A stretch of 64,000 nucleotides of DNA from Sphaeroforma arctica JP610. Taxonomy: Eukaryota. The stretch lies in the NCBI RefSeq assembly GCF_001186125.1, contig NW_014040481.1:16300-80299 (forward strand), written 5' to 3'. Positions 39,163-53,450 of this stretch are shown here, piece by piece. A model generated the notes under the pieces. That model was not told where the DNA came from. It saw only the letters and a list, made by a program, of their open reading frames with translations, and made no database searches. Position numbers and translations under genes: made by a program. The first letter of the stretch is position 1, and every line of letters starts with the position of its first letter.

Positions 39163-40612
39163 TATTATTGTACACATATTATAGACTCTAGTGGTCTATT
39201 GTACACATACTGTAGATTCTAGAGCTTTACTACACAAATATTGTAATTTCTAGTCGTTTATTGTTCCGCTATACTTTAATACATATAGCTCATTACATTT
39301 CAAAGGACTACAATACCAACCCGAGTATTGCTCCGCATCCCTTCATTAATACCACGATGACTACAAAGCAGACATACCCGTCCCCACACACTTCGCTTTG
39401 CGTGCAAGTGTTTCCACTGAGGAATCTCATACTTCCTCACCAAATGGATCGTGCGCAAGTGCCAGCCAACTGCTCATATCAGCCAGCCGTCCGAGCAACC
39501 TTCTATTGAGTCCTAAACCCGACGGAAGTCCACGAATAAGTGATCAGTCAATACTCCGTCATCCTATGCTATATACTGACGTTTAGTATTTGACTTTGAC
39601 TTCTTTGCACCCGCATCGCCTACCCATGTCCTCGCAGACAAATGTCTTTCATCTGCGAGGGGAATTATTTCGCCATAACCCTCCCGCGATACAATCGCGC
39701 TCCAGCCGCACATACCCTCACATATACAGCGATACAATCGGGGGCTTTCATCACGCTCCAACCGCATATACCTTTACATATACACGAGTGGTGTATCGTA
39801 GAACAAGTAGTCATGAAGCGGTCCATATGTGCCTTTGCTAGGTGCATGTTGTGTTCAAAGATCGTGTAGACTTGCTGAGTCCCCGTTACACCACACCACA
39901 TTACTCGCGCATTCCCACCAGGTTCATGGGTTACCCACCACTCAATGCGCCAATCGTCATTTGACCCCAACGCTCGCCCTCACCGTCTACCAAATAAATC
40001 CCTACTTCCGCAGCTCCCGCTGCTCGTACATATCTTAACCGTCCCGATGTCTCCTTAAACATATACGCACGTGCCACCTTCCTGGAATTTGGAGACGCAT
40101 CTAGAGATGCCGAATCTTCAAACCCTGCAACCCTGCATCTCTAAACGATCGGTCGTCTGACACTGAGGACCAATAGAGAGCAGTTGCGATGCTGACTGGA
40201 AGGGGCTCACAGAGTCACATAGCTTTTGGTGGCAAACACATACGGATCAAACCGTATCACACTTAAAACGCCGTCTGAAGTCGTCTGGAAACCCAACAGA
40301 CATATACAGATCAGGTTGCGAATCCATCAGCTAGATGGTCGTACTTATGTCCTGGTGTAAGCTCCCTTACACCCTGCAATCCTATAGTATGTTGGCTATG
40401 TGGTGCAACCACCCCATGTGCACGTGCTGGTTACACGGCGTATTGCAGAACAGCACCAAGATCGCATATCCATGCGCGTACATACCAGCCCACTGTGACG
40501 GTGATGGTACGAGAGCCCGACTGTATAGCGCATAGGCGTAACCTCGTGCAGGTGCAACTCCCACGGCGGTCAACTCTGATACAGGTACACCGACCGGAAT
40601 AGCCAGACATCT

Positions 40613-43600
40613 TTACCTCAGCGTATCCCGTTGTTGGGCTTTATGTGACTGCTCGCCGCCTCCGTTGCCATAGTGATTTCCACTTGTCAGCGAACTCGCA
40701 CCCCCATGCATATACGCAGACCCTCCAGACTGTTGTGGCTGCTGCTGCAGCAGCTGTTGCTGTGGTAAGTGTACTGTGTTATAGTCATATACATGCATGC
40801 CCTGTCCCTGTCCTGCATCCAGGACCGATCCTCTTGACATGCCCGCGTACGGCATGCCATACCCGGGCATGTACATACCCTGATACCCCTGCGGCTGCAT
40901 GGTTGGCTTGGTCGTGGTCATAGGGTGATTAGGACTCGCTCGCGCCTGAGTCTGGTCAGCAGGAGAACGGTCGAGTGTATGCTGATTCTGTAGCTGCTTC
41001 TGCTGCGCATGTGCCTGCGCATGTGCCAGTGAGTGGGCTCTGAACACCTCTCCTTGCTCTCCCGGTCTTTGTGACTGTGCATACTCACGGGTGCTCGGCT
41101 GCCCTGCGGCACTCGTGCGAGCTGGTTGGGGCCCGTTACCACCGACTCGTCCGGGCGACTGCTTGGTACCCGCACCCTGCGCATTGGCATTGCGGAACGA
41201 AAACGCCTGAGCTCCACTATCCATGCCCTGCTGCACTAGCCTCCGTTGTTGTTGATGCTGCTGCTGTTGATGTGAAACACTCTTGGACCCCATCGCCTCG
41301 TTGCCTTTGCCTTGGCTGAGACGCTGTGCGAGCTGCAGCTGCAGCATGTAAGAATCTTGTGAGTGATTCGACCCCGACTTATACGCATCAGGTTGTAAAC
41401 GTGCTTGCGCCTGTGCACGACTACCGCCGGAATCGAGGATCGTCTCCAGACCTCCTAAACCCGCATTCGCGTCCTCATACGACTTATTCCTAGTGTTGTT
41501 GTTGTTGTTGTCGAACCTTGAATAGTCGCTGCCTGGCCATCCGCTCGTCTTCTGCATGTTCTGTGAGCTTTGCTGCGCCCAGTGCTCGGCCTGTGCGATC
41601 ACCTGCGCTTGAGATGGTCTGTTCTTGGCGTCACCCGCAAGACCATGTGGTTGTGGTTGCGGTTTGGAGTAAGAAGCCATCTCCAGGCCCATACCTGTGT
41701 TTGTGTTCATGAACAGACCCCCTCCGTTACCGCCAATATACGCAGCACCCAGTTGGCCATGGTTGTACGCCTGTGTCTGTACTGGCCCCTTCGCACCACC
41801 GGTCTCCTTCTCCTTCTCCAATAGTTCCGCATCAGCTTTCAACTGCTTTTTGGTTTTCTTGCGAGGCTTTTTGGCGGCCTTGGTAGTGGCTATACCAGGG
41901 CCCAGTAGCCCATCCGCACTTGCACCCGATCTCTTAGTACCTTGAATTTGGGTTCCCGGGTTGTTGGTGTTCAAATTCTGGTCCAAATCAGTGTTGTTGC
42001 CGAGAATAGGATTGCCACCCAAATTAGGCGCGCTACCTAAATTGGAATTATTACCCATACTAGAATTGGTCCTGCCCAAATTGGGGTTACCTCCCATGAA
42101 CGAAGAGGTTCTAGCTTCGTGATTGCTACCGATAGCAGAGGGCCTGTGCGCATACGCTGCGCTGTAAGGGGCACCCGCCCCCATCGTATTCACACCGTAG
42201 ATACCCCCTCCACTCACACTACCCTCGTGCACACCACTGCCAAGCTCTCCCTGGCCGTAACTGGGATGTGCGTTGGGGCTGGGACGAGAATTGGGGTTGG
42301 AGTTGTTTTGTGAGTAGGGACTTGTCTTGGGATTTGAAGTAGAATTAGGATTAGAGCTAGGATTAGAATTAGGATTAGATGTAGCATTGGCACCCAAATT
42401 ATTTGGCGGATAGCCATACCCATTCCTCTTTGCCTGATGGGTATCTCCAGGCTGTGGGCGTCCCATGGATTGGCCTACAGATGAGGTCATCGACTGTTGG
42501 CTGCCCTGTCCTTGAGCATATGGACTGGTCCTATACACGGTTCCGGGTGCATGCGATGTACCGTACCTGCCAATTGGTCCCCCCATACCTGCTGGCATAC
42601 CCCTGCCCGCACCCTCATACACAGTTCTACCCCGTGCGTGTGCCATACTCTGTTGCTGCTGCTGCTGCTGCTGTTGCATTTGCTGTTGTGGTGTGTATGC
42701 GTGAGCCTGGGACTGCTGGCCGTAAATATCCGCTGTACTATTCGTGCGCGACGCGAAGGCCACATGCGGCGGTGGTTGTTGGGACGTTGCATACCCAGGT
42801 GTCTGCTGCTGCATTGGGGTTGGGTTTGAATTCGGATTTGGAGTTGGATTTGGGGTTGAGTTAGGGTTTGGTTGTTGCGGTTGTTGTTTCTGCTGCTGTT
42901 GTTGTTGTTGCTGTTGCTGCGTGTGGTATGGCGATCCTTGCCCACGTGCCTGAGCGAGTGCATGTGCTTGCGATTCTGCATGGGGACGCGTGTAACCTTT
43001 CCCGTACCCATTCGGATTCGGGTGCGTATTTGGTAGTGAGGATAATTGCGGATTCACATTCGCATTCACATCTGTACCAGCTGCATGCTCGCCCTGCGCT
43101 TTCGCATGGGCTGCGCCTGTCGGTGTGTTCTTGAATGCGCCCTGCTGTATAGCACTCTTGTTAACTGTGTCCAAGTTTGCTGGTCCCGATGTACCGGCAC
43201 CTCCCGGCCCATAATTAGGACCGGTGGACTTAGTTATGGCTACACCACGCGGCGGAGGACCGATTCCTGCTACACCGCCAGTCTTCTTCTCCGCCTCTTT
43301 TAGGCCGGCAACAGGCCCTGTCTTGGCCTTTCCCCCCCCACCCGCACTCTCTTTGCCATCAACCTTTGGCGGTACGGTATTGGTGTTGGAGTTGGCTGTG
43401 CTTGAATTCTTTGTCTCAGCTTTCTTTTTCTTGGTGTATTTCTTGCGAGGCTTGATCGGCGGATGGGTCACGATAGGCCCGATAATAATGGCGCCCTGGT
43501 TTGGGAGTTTGGACTGCTTTTGTCCCAAATTAGCGTTCCCACTCATGCCTTGCCCCTTCGTGGGACTCATTATGCTGACCATAGGTGTACCATTCGGAAA

Positions 43601-45008
43601 GTCTGGATGTAAAGAACAAGTAACGAAAACAAGCTTTAGAGCTGAACGCGGGCACCCAATACAAATGAGAGCAAAAGCTACGCGCGGGGTGTTTCCATAG
43701 TGATGCTCGAAATGGAGAGAGAGAGAGAGAGAGAGGGGGCAATAACAACTCGAGGTAAGCATTATTCGGATCGAACGTCCGCGAAGTACATAGACACTCA
43801 AGGTACATTAAACATACTCTCCTCGGTGATCTCAACCAAATTCAGACCAAAATGATTCTCTACCGGTCCCAAGATCATGCCCTCTGGTGCTGTGGTGTTT
43901 GTACCATTTCCGCCCTTTTTGCTGTTTGATTTGGTGGCAGGCGGATTGGGTTGTTTCTCCTTAGTCGCTTTAGTTGTATCGGCCTTACTCGCTTTTGTTG
44001 AATCGGCCTTACTCGCTTTTGTTGTATCGGCCTTGGTCGCTTTTGTTGAATCGGCTTTGGTCGCTTTTGTTGTATCGGCTTTGGTCGCTTTTGTTGCATC
44101 GGCCTTGGTCGCTTTTTTTGTATCGGCCTTGGTAGTTTTCGTTGCATCGGACTTAGTTGCTTTTGTTGCATCGGCCTTAGTCGCTTTCGCTGCCATTAAT
44201 AGTGCAAAGCGATTGAAGAATATTCAAAGTATGTCGAAGATCAAGTACCTAAATGTATGTTCATATATATATATATATGTATAAATATATATATATATAT
44301 ATATATATACATACATATATACATATATATATGTACATATACTTACACACATATATATACATATATATATATAATTAAGTACAAAAATATATAGTCACAC
44401 ATACATATAGATACACTTATATCAAATGGACAAGACCTTCGCTAAGCGATAACAAAGACATACGGAACGGGATAAAGCTATAGTATGAATGTCACAGGAA
44501 CAAAGAGCCTTCAAAACATGTACAGCCCGTGCATGAATTCTTATGAGGCGTGTATGGTATGACGAGAGAACTCATTATACGGAGTACCTGCATATACACT
44601 GAAACATGAGCATACAGACAACAAATCAAAAGTAAGCATACAAACACACCATTATCACACATGTATTTAGGTATGGGTACATAAGCAACCTATAGGTGTA
44701 TACCAATACACAAAGAGAATTGCCTGCCCAAAACCCTAAACACTGGTGTGCTTGCAGTACTTACCTGTTGACTTCTTTTGGGCAGCGGGTTTGTGACTGG
44801 GTGCCTTCTTTTTAACCACGACTGGAGATTCGAGCGAAGTACCCCGGTCTTTAACTAAGCCCATAACTTTGGTCTGCAATCAGACGAAAGAAAGACGATG
44901 TTAACAAAACCATAAATACTATCCTAAATACATGTAGAATAGTAAGCAGTTAAACGTTTAAAAGGAACGATGTTTTAGACAATTTGTTTCGACTACATAC
45001 ATATACTT

Positions 45009-45044
<36 letters not shown>

Positions 45045-46881
45045 TTGTATATGCACATGCATACACACACACACACAATATATATATATATATATATATA
45101 TAAGCATATTGTACCACTCATCTTCAACAGCATACACAAACAACAATGTATACGTCAAGATAAGCCCATACACATACCAGATCAGTGTCTTTCAACAGAA
45201 TTCCCTCTGTCCTATTTTCCGCCTCCTCTCCATCAGATGAGGCAGTGCTCTTGCCCTTCGCACCTGCCCCGTTTGAATCTGGGTTCTCCTGGTTCTGGTC
45301 GCCCGCGTTTCCGATTGATATCTCATCGGCACAACCCAGAGACAGCAGATTCTGGCCCACCCTGATTTCAAACGCACTCATCATACGCTTTTCACTCAGC
45401 CCCAAGTGCTCTACTTTCTTCAGCTTCTCAATCTCCGCCAAAAGTGCCGCATTCTCCTTCAGCAGCATTGTTTTCGGGTCAAAATCCGCATTGGCCACAC
45501 CAGCCGGGGCGGTACCTTGGTACATTTCGGGCGTATTATGTGTGCTGGTGTCCGCGTATATATTGACGATGTTGTTGTTCACCTGCAAATGACTGCAGGG
45601 TGTATGCACCGACTGTGCATGTGAGACGCTGTTGTGGGTCGCCTGTGCGCTCAGCGGGTTTGTCGCTGAGTTGGGGCTGGGGTTGGGGTTGGCGAATGAA
45701 TTCGGTGGCTGTGGTTGTATGTACGGGTTGGTAGTATCCGACGAGGTCTGAGTGGTTAACTGAGATTGTGTGTTACTACTATTCACATATGGAAGGGGAC
45801 TGGGCAAGTGTGTGGTAGGCGGTGCATTGCTGACCGAACTCTTCGTCGTCTCGGTATTGATGTGCATACCCTGGAATGCGTTGGGCGTTAAACTAGCACC
45901 CAGTTGTTCCGAGCTCTTTGTACTTGCACCCGAATCGTTCGTCTTCAGCCGATTCGCACTACTCTGGTCTGACGCTTTCTGTGTTGGATCTGCACGGAAT
46001 GCATTCAGTAACGTCTCCACATTTGTCAGAGTGTTGCTGCTGTTGTTGTTGTTGCTATTATTAGAACCAACAGGGATATTCTTTACATCAGGCCCAGTAC
46101 TTCCAGCCACCCCCTTGCTTTCCGCCTTGTCCCCGTTTCCGTCCACAGCCACACCTGTGTTCACCGTCTCCTTCATCTGTGTGTTTGGTTGTGTGTTTGA
46201 TATCGAGCGTCTAAGTGTACCTGTAGCATTATTCTGAAGCGAGTTTGTGTATGCTGCGGTGCCTAGCTGGCTACTTAGACTGCGCATGAGGGCTCCAGTG
46301 CTACCAGCCTGTATTCTGTAATTTAATGCGCTCGGGCCAAGTAAGCTATTGGTATATGCACTGCTATACTGCGACTGGAGTGTACTGGGATTCGGCATAT
46401 TACTATTATAATTCAACCCCTCACTCAGAGACATGCCCAGAGTATTGGATACGCTACTGGTATTAGTAGTATTCAATACCTGTCCAGTGCTAGTGACAGG
46501 TAGGGCTTGTGACGTGAATGATGACCGCATTGATTGCGTTTGTCCGTATGCATTGTGTGTCAACGGATTCGGCTGTGGATACACACTTGTGTTTACGCCT
46601 GTATTTACACCACTACCACCACTATACACACCCTGGAAGGCATAAGACATACTACCGAGCGCACTAGTAGACTTGGTTGCACTCGCAGGCTGGTGTGATA
46701 GTGTGCGTTTGAAGCTCGAGTAGTCTGGCGCACTCTTACTGGTACTCAGAGGTAACGAGACGTCGTGTGAGAGAGTACGGGGAACATTAGGTATAATAGT
46801 GGCGGAGTGTGTTGTACCTGTACCACTAATAGACCCAGTCTTAATACCTGCCTTCCCGAGTATTTCCTCTACGCTGTCCAT
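40613..46881 (-). CDS. Large low-complexity (S/T/N-, K/A/T-, Q/G/N-rich) protein of unknown function, ~1,724 aa, with basic NLS-like patches
   Basis: Exons 46881-45178 (GTATGT), 44873-44765 (GTAAGT), 44189-43818 (GTATGT), 43602-40613 have compatible phases (0,1,1) and sum to 5175 nt. Contains KPRKKYTKKKK and KKPRKKTKK; the last codons overlap a possible donor AG|GTAAAG, so the 3' end is uncertain. Confidence 0.75.
43965..44190 (-). repeat. Coding minisatellite, 24-bp unit (KAD[A/T/S]TKA[T/S]), ~9 copies
   Basis: tcggccttggtcgcttttgttgca-type units; in frame within exon 3. Confidence 0.9.
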
Positions 46882-49477
46882 TTTACACCTTGTTATATAG
46901 CTATATGAATGCGCATATAGGATGTGTGCGTGTGATTACGTGTCTGTGCTATTAGTAGCCCATATCGAGTATATGGTGTACAGACTTATACTTGCAGCTT
47001 CTCATATGAAAAATTACGTATGTACGTCTAATTAGTATGCCTGTAACTATATTTGTGTATTGAAGACTTTGCCATACTCAAACAGCCCGGGTTGTATCAT
47101 ACGTCAACTTACTATTTCTAATCACTTAATATAGGCGTCTGTATTAAATGACGATACATGGAGTAGCATCGCAAACACCGTATATTGAACCCTCGTATCC
47201 TCTCCTACTGATTTAGCACAGCATTGGCTTGATACATGTATACATACATAAAAATATATATCTAATATTGTATGAATACACATAAATAGTTCTCGTCCTC
47301 ACACAACCACCACAGACGGCGCAGTTCTCATAGACCACAGCCCTGTGTGTGTTTATTTTGCCGCGGAAAGTCAGATACATCTATAGGGGTCTGTTCGTAT
47401 GACAGTAGTCGGTAACTCGGTATGTATGTCCCAATAAGTTTTAAAAATAAATATAGCCTATAAATAGAACAAGTATTTGGAATTGTGCCATCTCGTTTTT
47501 CTCAACCACTTCAGTCTTCTTCACCTCTCATCACCGAAGTGACCGTAGTCGACCTCCCACTTCCCAGGCTCCCACACTCCCCAGTCCCACTGATGTACCC
47601 CCCAGGTGACCAAGTCCCAACTGACCCGCCAGTGACCCATCTGAAACTCACCCACCCCACCGTGGCACAGAGTGCAGAGTTGCAGACATTCCAATTACGA
47701 CTCCTTTGACACATAATAACGCATTCGAAACGAGAATAGCGCACTATGTTTTTATTCTCTTGTGCGTTGTCGTAAATATTATCGTCTATGCCCGTTCAGT
47801 AGGGTTTGTGCCTTAGGGTTGTACCGAGGTCCGAGTGCCAACCTGAGATTAAAACGTTATTGTACTAAAACGCTGTAACTAAAACGCTGTAAACTGCCTC
47901 AATACGTCCCAATGGTCGTCACGATGGGAGTATATTCGGAGCTTCGAGGTTCAAAGTTTCCGGACGTTTTGAGTCAGGTGTCCTGTAATTGGAATTTTAG
48001 GTCTACTTTTCACTAGTCTTTTTATTATTATAAACGTTAAGTTTAAAATTTGAATCAACAAAAGTTTACGTTTAATCTTTATATAAATTGAACCGTTTGC
48101 AACCCCCCCCCCCTCCCAAAACCCCACCCCACCCCCAATTGTATAAACGTTGAAGCCTCAAAGGTATACTATGTATACGGCTTTTAGCTTTATTTTTTCT
48201 TTAAAAAAACGTAAAACAAGAAGAACTGCTACATAACCGACGGCCGACGACCTGAGAATTACATATATATATAAAATAGACGCAGACGCAGTTCAAATCC
48301 CCAATATTTATTTATATAACACACGGTTAACCTTTTTTTAGCGGTTGATTTTAAAAATATATATCGCTTTTGTTTCTGTATAAAAAATACCTAGTCTGAT
48401 ACAGTGAAACAGTGATGAGTAAATTTGTTTTTTTTAAACTTAAAAAAATAAATACTATCTACTGCGGTAGTAATTTATTGCAAGAAAAGTATCAGTTGTA
48501 GGAGATCTGATTGGCCAAAAGTGTAATGATTGGCACACATCTATTTAAATGGGCTTGTGTCTGACTCTGGCCATGGTTCACCGCTTTAGACTGTAGTAGT
48601 AAGTAGGCTGTATGACGTATGTGTATGGAGTGTGCAGTGTGTGGACTGTAGACTCTCATCACTCATGTGCTCAGTGCGGGTGTCTGGGTGTTCACTGGTG
48701 CTCGAATACTCTCGTTCCATCTCTTCTTGGGCTTCTTGGCAGAAGTGCGAGATTTTAAATTTTCATTCCAGGCCCTCAGGGCTCAGGCGCCTCAAGCCCA
48801 AGGCTCACGGGTCACGGCTCTGAACACTGATCAGGGGCTCAGCCGCTCAGGCCTCAGGCCTCAGGCCGCAGGCCGCAGGCTGCCGGCAAAAGGTTTATTA
48901 TTTACAATTTTACATACATACGGTCATACACTCATACATTTTTTTTTAATACTATAAAATAAATATAAATATGTTCTTATTTTAGTTCCAACTCCGCGAG
49001 TCCACGGGGTAAGGAGTTACCCCTATCTTTTTTTATTTAAATTTATATATATATATAAAATCTTTTGTAGTAAATAGCTACTGTCTGGAGAGACTGCAGG
49101 TCTAAAAAATAATTAATAAAAAATACACCAGTTTAGTACAATCCATGGTTTGAAGTGTGTTACTACAGTACCGTCTAGTCGTTTTGTCGTTTAGTCGTAT
49201 GCTGTATATGCGTTAAATTCTGCGTTGTTGTTTGTCTCTGGGGTAGTCAAGATAATCAGAATACTGATGCAAACAATAGCAATAAGAGTAGTAGAGCCAC
49301 GGCCGATACGAAGAAAGTTTGTCTTCAACTATCTTGAGAAGCGGGCCTTGAATAACTTGCTTTCTGCCCGGATATATCGAACCACATTATTTCATATACG
49401 AAGTAGTATCTGTATCATCTGTTGCGCATACAAAACATCATCTCTATTTCGTATACTTTATACAACATACAACCACA

Positions 49478-50372
49478 ATGTTGGCGTGCTCGGTAAGACC
49501 GCATTGTATGCGGCAGTTAACGGGAAAGTTACCCCACACAATTCACACCAATCTCGTACTACGCACAATAGCACTCGGGGCTAACAGGCTACAGCGCAGT
49601 AATATACACTCGTTGAGCTCAGATTCGATCAATCATACATATGGTAGTGGACTTACACACACAAACAGTGTATGCACACACTCACAGAAGCAACTGTATA
49701 TACCGAGACAGTATATTTCATACACACCGCACCCACCCGTACGCATATCCTGTGCTTACCAGGGAAAGCCCAGGCGGCCAGCCGCGCGACCATCGCCTAT
49801 AAACACCTACAACACGCCTACACAACCGCATTTATACACGCACTTAGATCACAATGATACGAATATGGCTAGGTTACCAGATAGCGGAGAGGATGCATTC
49901 TTTGTGCATGAAACTGATGATGCACACTACATAGGCGTAGCCGACGGTGTAGGGGGTTGGCAGGAGATGGGGGTCGATCCAGCATTGTTCGCTTGGGCTC
50001 TTATGAATCATACCCGAGATGCGATTAGAGAGGGTATGCACCTGGATATACGGGATGCATTGAAGTATGCGCATGAGAAAATTGTGGAGGACGGCTTGGT
50101 TACGCACGGGAGTAGCACTGCGTGTGTTGTTAAGGTGGAGAAAAAGGTGTGCGTTATGGTACTTTGTTTCACGAATTTGATAACATGAGATGAGCTAAAA
50201 TTAAAATGCTGTACTCTTAAATTGTACACGCGATGGGAGGACTATATGTATTTACGGGACGATCGAATGCATATATATATATATATGTATATGTATATGT
50301 ATATGTATGTATATATATATATGTATATTTATGTATATGTATATATACGTATTCATGTATTTACGAGTTTAC

Positions 50373-50418
<46 letters not shown>

Positions 50419-50522
50419 ATGTATGTATATGTATATGTATGTATGCATATATTAATATATATATACGTAAACTTATGTATGCATATATTTATATACTAAG
50501 ATATATGCATATACATATAATA

Positions 50523-50574
<52 letters not shown>

Positions 50575-50581
50575 TTATACA

Positions 50582-50613
<32 letters not shown>

Positions 50614-51916
50614 ATATTTATATCTATACTTGTATTTGTATCAAATCTTATATAACTATATGTGCACTCTCTCTCTCTCACACACACACACACAATATAT
50701 ATATATATATATATATATACCATACATACATAAATACAACAAACTTCCACATATCTATCTATATATATACATATTCGTATATATGATCTATATATATNNN
50801 NNNNNNNNNNNNNNNNNNNNNNNNNNNNNNNNNNNNNNNNNNNNNNNNNNNNNNNNNNNNNNNNNNNNNNNNNNNNNNNNNNNNNNNNNNNNNNNNNNNN
50901 NNNNNNNNNNNNNNNNNNNNNNNNNNNNNNNNNNNNNNNNNNNNNNNNNNNNNNNNNNNNNNNNNNNNNNNNNNNNNNNNNNNNNNNNNNNNNNNNNNNN
51001 NNNNNNNNNNNNNNNNNNNNNNNNNNNNNNNNNNNNNNNNNNNNNNNNNNNNNNNNNNNNNNNNNNNNNNNNNNNNNNNNNNNNNNNNNNNNNNNNNNNN
51101 NNNNNNNNNNNNNNNNNNNNNNNNNNNNNNNNNNNNNNNNNNNNNNNNNNNNNNNNATATATAGCTATGTGTACGTACTCACACCTACGTATGTTTTATA
51201 TATATATATATAGCTATATATACTTGCACATATCCATGGTGTAAGTATAATATATGTTTACGTACTCCCACCCATGTATGTTATATAAATATATATATAT
51301 ATATTCATATTTATATTTATATTTATAGCTATATATACTTGCACATATCCATGATGTAAGTATATTATATATATATATATATATATACATATAGTATAGT
51401 ATAGTATGCATATTTATATACATATGCCCGCATTTATCTGACTGCATATATATTGATCTTTGTTCGAAATAGACTCATAGTGTTATGTATTTTTTTCTGC
51501 TTCTTCTATATTTTGGTTTAGTGTCCGTTGATATTGAATATAATTAACAATCAGTGCCTGTGGTGCCCTCTTACTATAATTAACCCACATGCTGCCCACC
51601 TTTCTCGTACGTTCTATAGACTCGTATAATGACTGTGTGCAACCTAGGTGATTCTGGCCTGCAAATATACGATAGAGATGGCAAATTAGCAGCACGGACA
51701 CCGTCGCAACAGCACGGGTTCAATTTCCCCTATCAGTTGGCTGTGATGCCTCCAGATATGCGCGAGGGTGCCATGATGCACACTATGGCAGACGGAGATC
51801 TATTCCAGTACCAGATGAAGGATGAACAGGTTATGCTACTCGCCACTGATGGCTTGTTTGACAATATGTTCCCATCGGTAAGTACGGCTCGGATATATAT
51901 ATTTTATTTATATATA

Positions 51917-51981
<65 letters not shown>

Positions 51982-52000
51982 GTATATGTATATAGATATG

Positions 52001-52064
<64 letters not shown>

Positions 52065-52690
52065 CATATACAGAATTGTGTACAATCGTAAAACTTTGAA
52101 TTATGAATGCCTCAGGGATGCCCTGATGCTTACGTTTGGGTTTAGAGTTTCTATAGTTTATTTCGATAACTAAACATTACCTGTATGTGCGTGGGTGTCC
52201 TGAACCTTGGAGGGTTCACTTAGAAATTCATGCTCGCATATCGGTGGCTATCGAATCTTCGGTTTTTACATCTACATACAAACCCCTCCCCTTTACGCTC
52301 ACACCCACACACCCACCCCACAAACGCTAATTTTAACGGTACTTTCCTAATTTGCTTACAAGGGTGCGTGAGTGAAAATCTCTATACACTCCTAGGTTCA
52401 CTTACCACACATGTATGCTTGTTCTATCTCTGGACATCTATCAGACACTAATGCGGAACTCGTGGGCACCTTTCTATCTTTTACTCAAACAGGATATCGA
52501 GGCCACTTTCAAAGAAGTAGGTGTAGGCAATATGGATAAACTTGCCACATCCCTAGTTAGGAAAGCTGAGTCGCTCTCGAAGGATCAAAGGAGGCGTAGT
52601 CCGTTCACGGTCGAGGCAGAGAAGCACGGATATACTGACATGCTGGGCGGCAAACCAGATGACATTACACTCATTGTTCTCGCCGTTTGA
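49478..52690 (+). CDS. PTC7: PP2C-family protein phosphatase, PTC7/PPTC7-like
   Basis: Exons 49478-50146, 51620-51877, 52493-52690 (all phase 0, GT-AG). Motifs [55 protein letters not shown]...GGKPDDIT. The basic/hydroxylated N-terminus is consistent with mitochondrial targeting; the first exon structure is uncertain. Confidence 0.93.
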
Positions 52691-52849
52691 TCAGTGCGTT
52701 TGTCTACATATATATTAATCTACTCATAGTAAAATTAGTTGTCGATACCTGAAGAAAGTTCATACTGAAGCGGATGCGACCTTCTCGATTTTGCCATGAA
52801 CGCTCACTTCCTTCAATAGCGCGTCGAGCAAACACTCGCACAAGCAACA

Positions 52850-53450
52850 TTGATGGTATCAAATCCGTGCTAGCTGTTTAATTGGAACCAGAATTTTTTG
52901 GATTTCTGTGTGGATATCTGTTTATAAGGGTCTGAAAGGTACATGTCGAGGTGCGTATGAACAGAACTGTACAATCCCAATGCTCTAGTGCGGCATTGTG
53001 ACTATAGCTACCATCATCAATTTACCACATAAAGGCTATCACCAATAAAAACAGCGCCTCCAACGCCTGATGCGTTCTCCACGATGCCTCCCGTACGCCA
53101 AACGGCATCCTCACAAACCTATACGGACCCCAGGGTGTCGTAAACTTCAGGTACTTGCGAGATTTCTCCGCCACTTTCAACTGACGGAAACACTGGCCCA
53201 GATCCACCGTAGTGATTCAATCTTCGCCTGTCATATTAGACAACCATTCCTTCTCCGTAGGAATATAATACCTGCCCACCTTATTCTAGTACTTCAGATA
53301 TTAAGTAGGCACACGTGCGCCGCTCGTCTGGAGAGGCCGACTCTACGTCCGGAGTCTAAAACAATCAATGTGTCGAAGAGCACCACCCATCCCAAACCGT
53401 AGGTTCTATGATGCCCACACCATTCCTCGCCCCAACCTTCTATCAGGATA
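52850..53450 (-). mobile_element. Third Ty3/Gypsy-type RT fragment, degenerate
   Basis: DLGQCFRQLKVAEKSRKYLKFTTPWGPYRFVRMPFGVREAS...W*IDD (YIDD with a stop). Confidence 0.8.
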
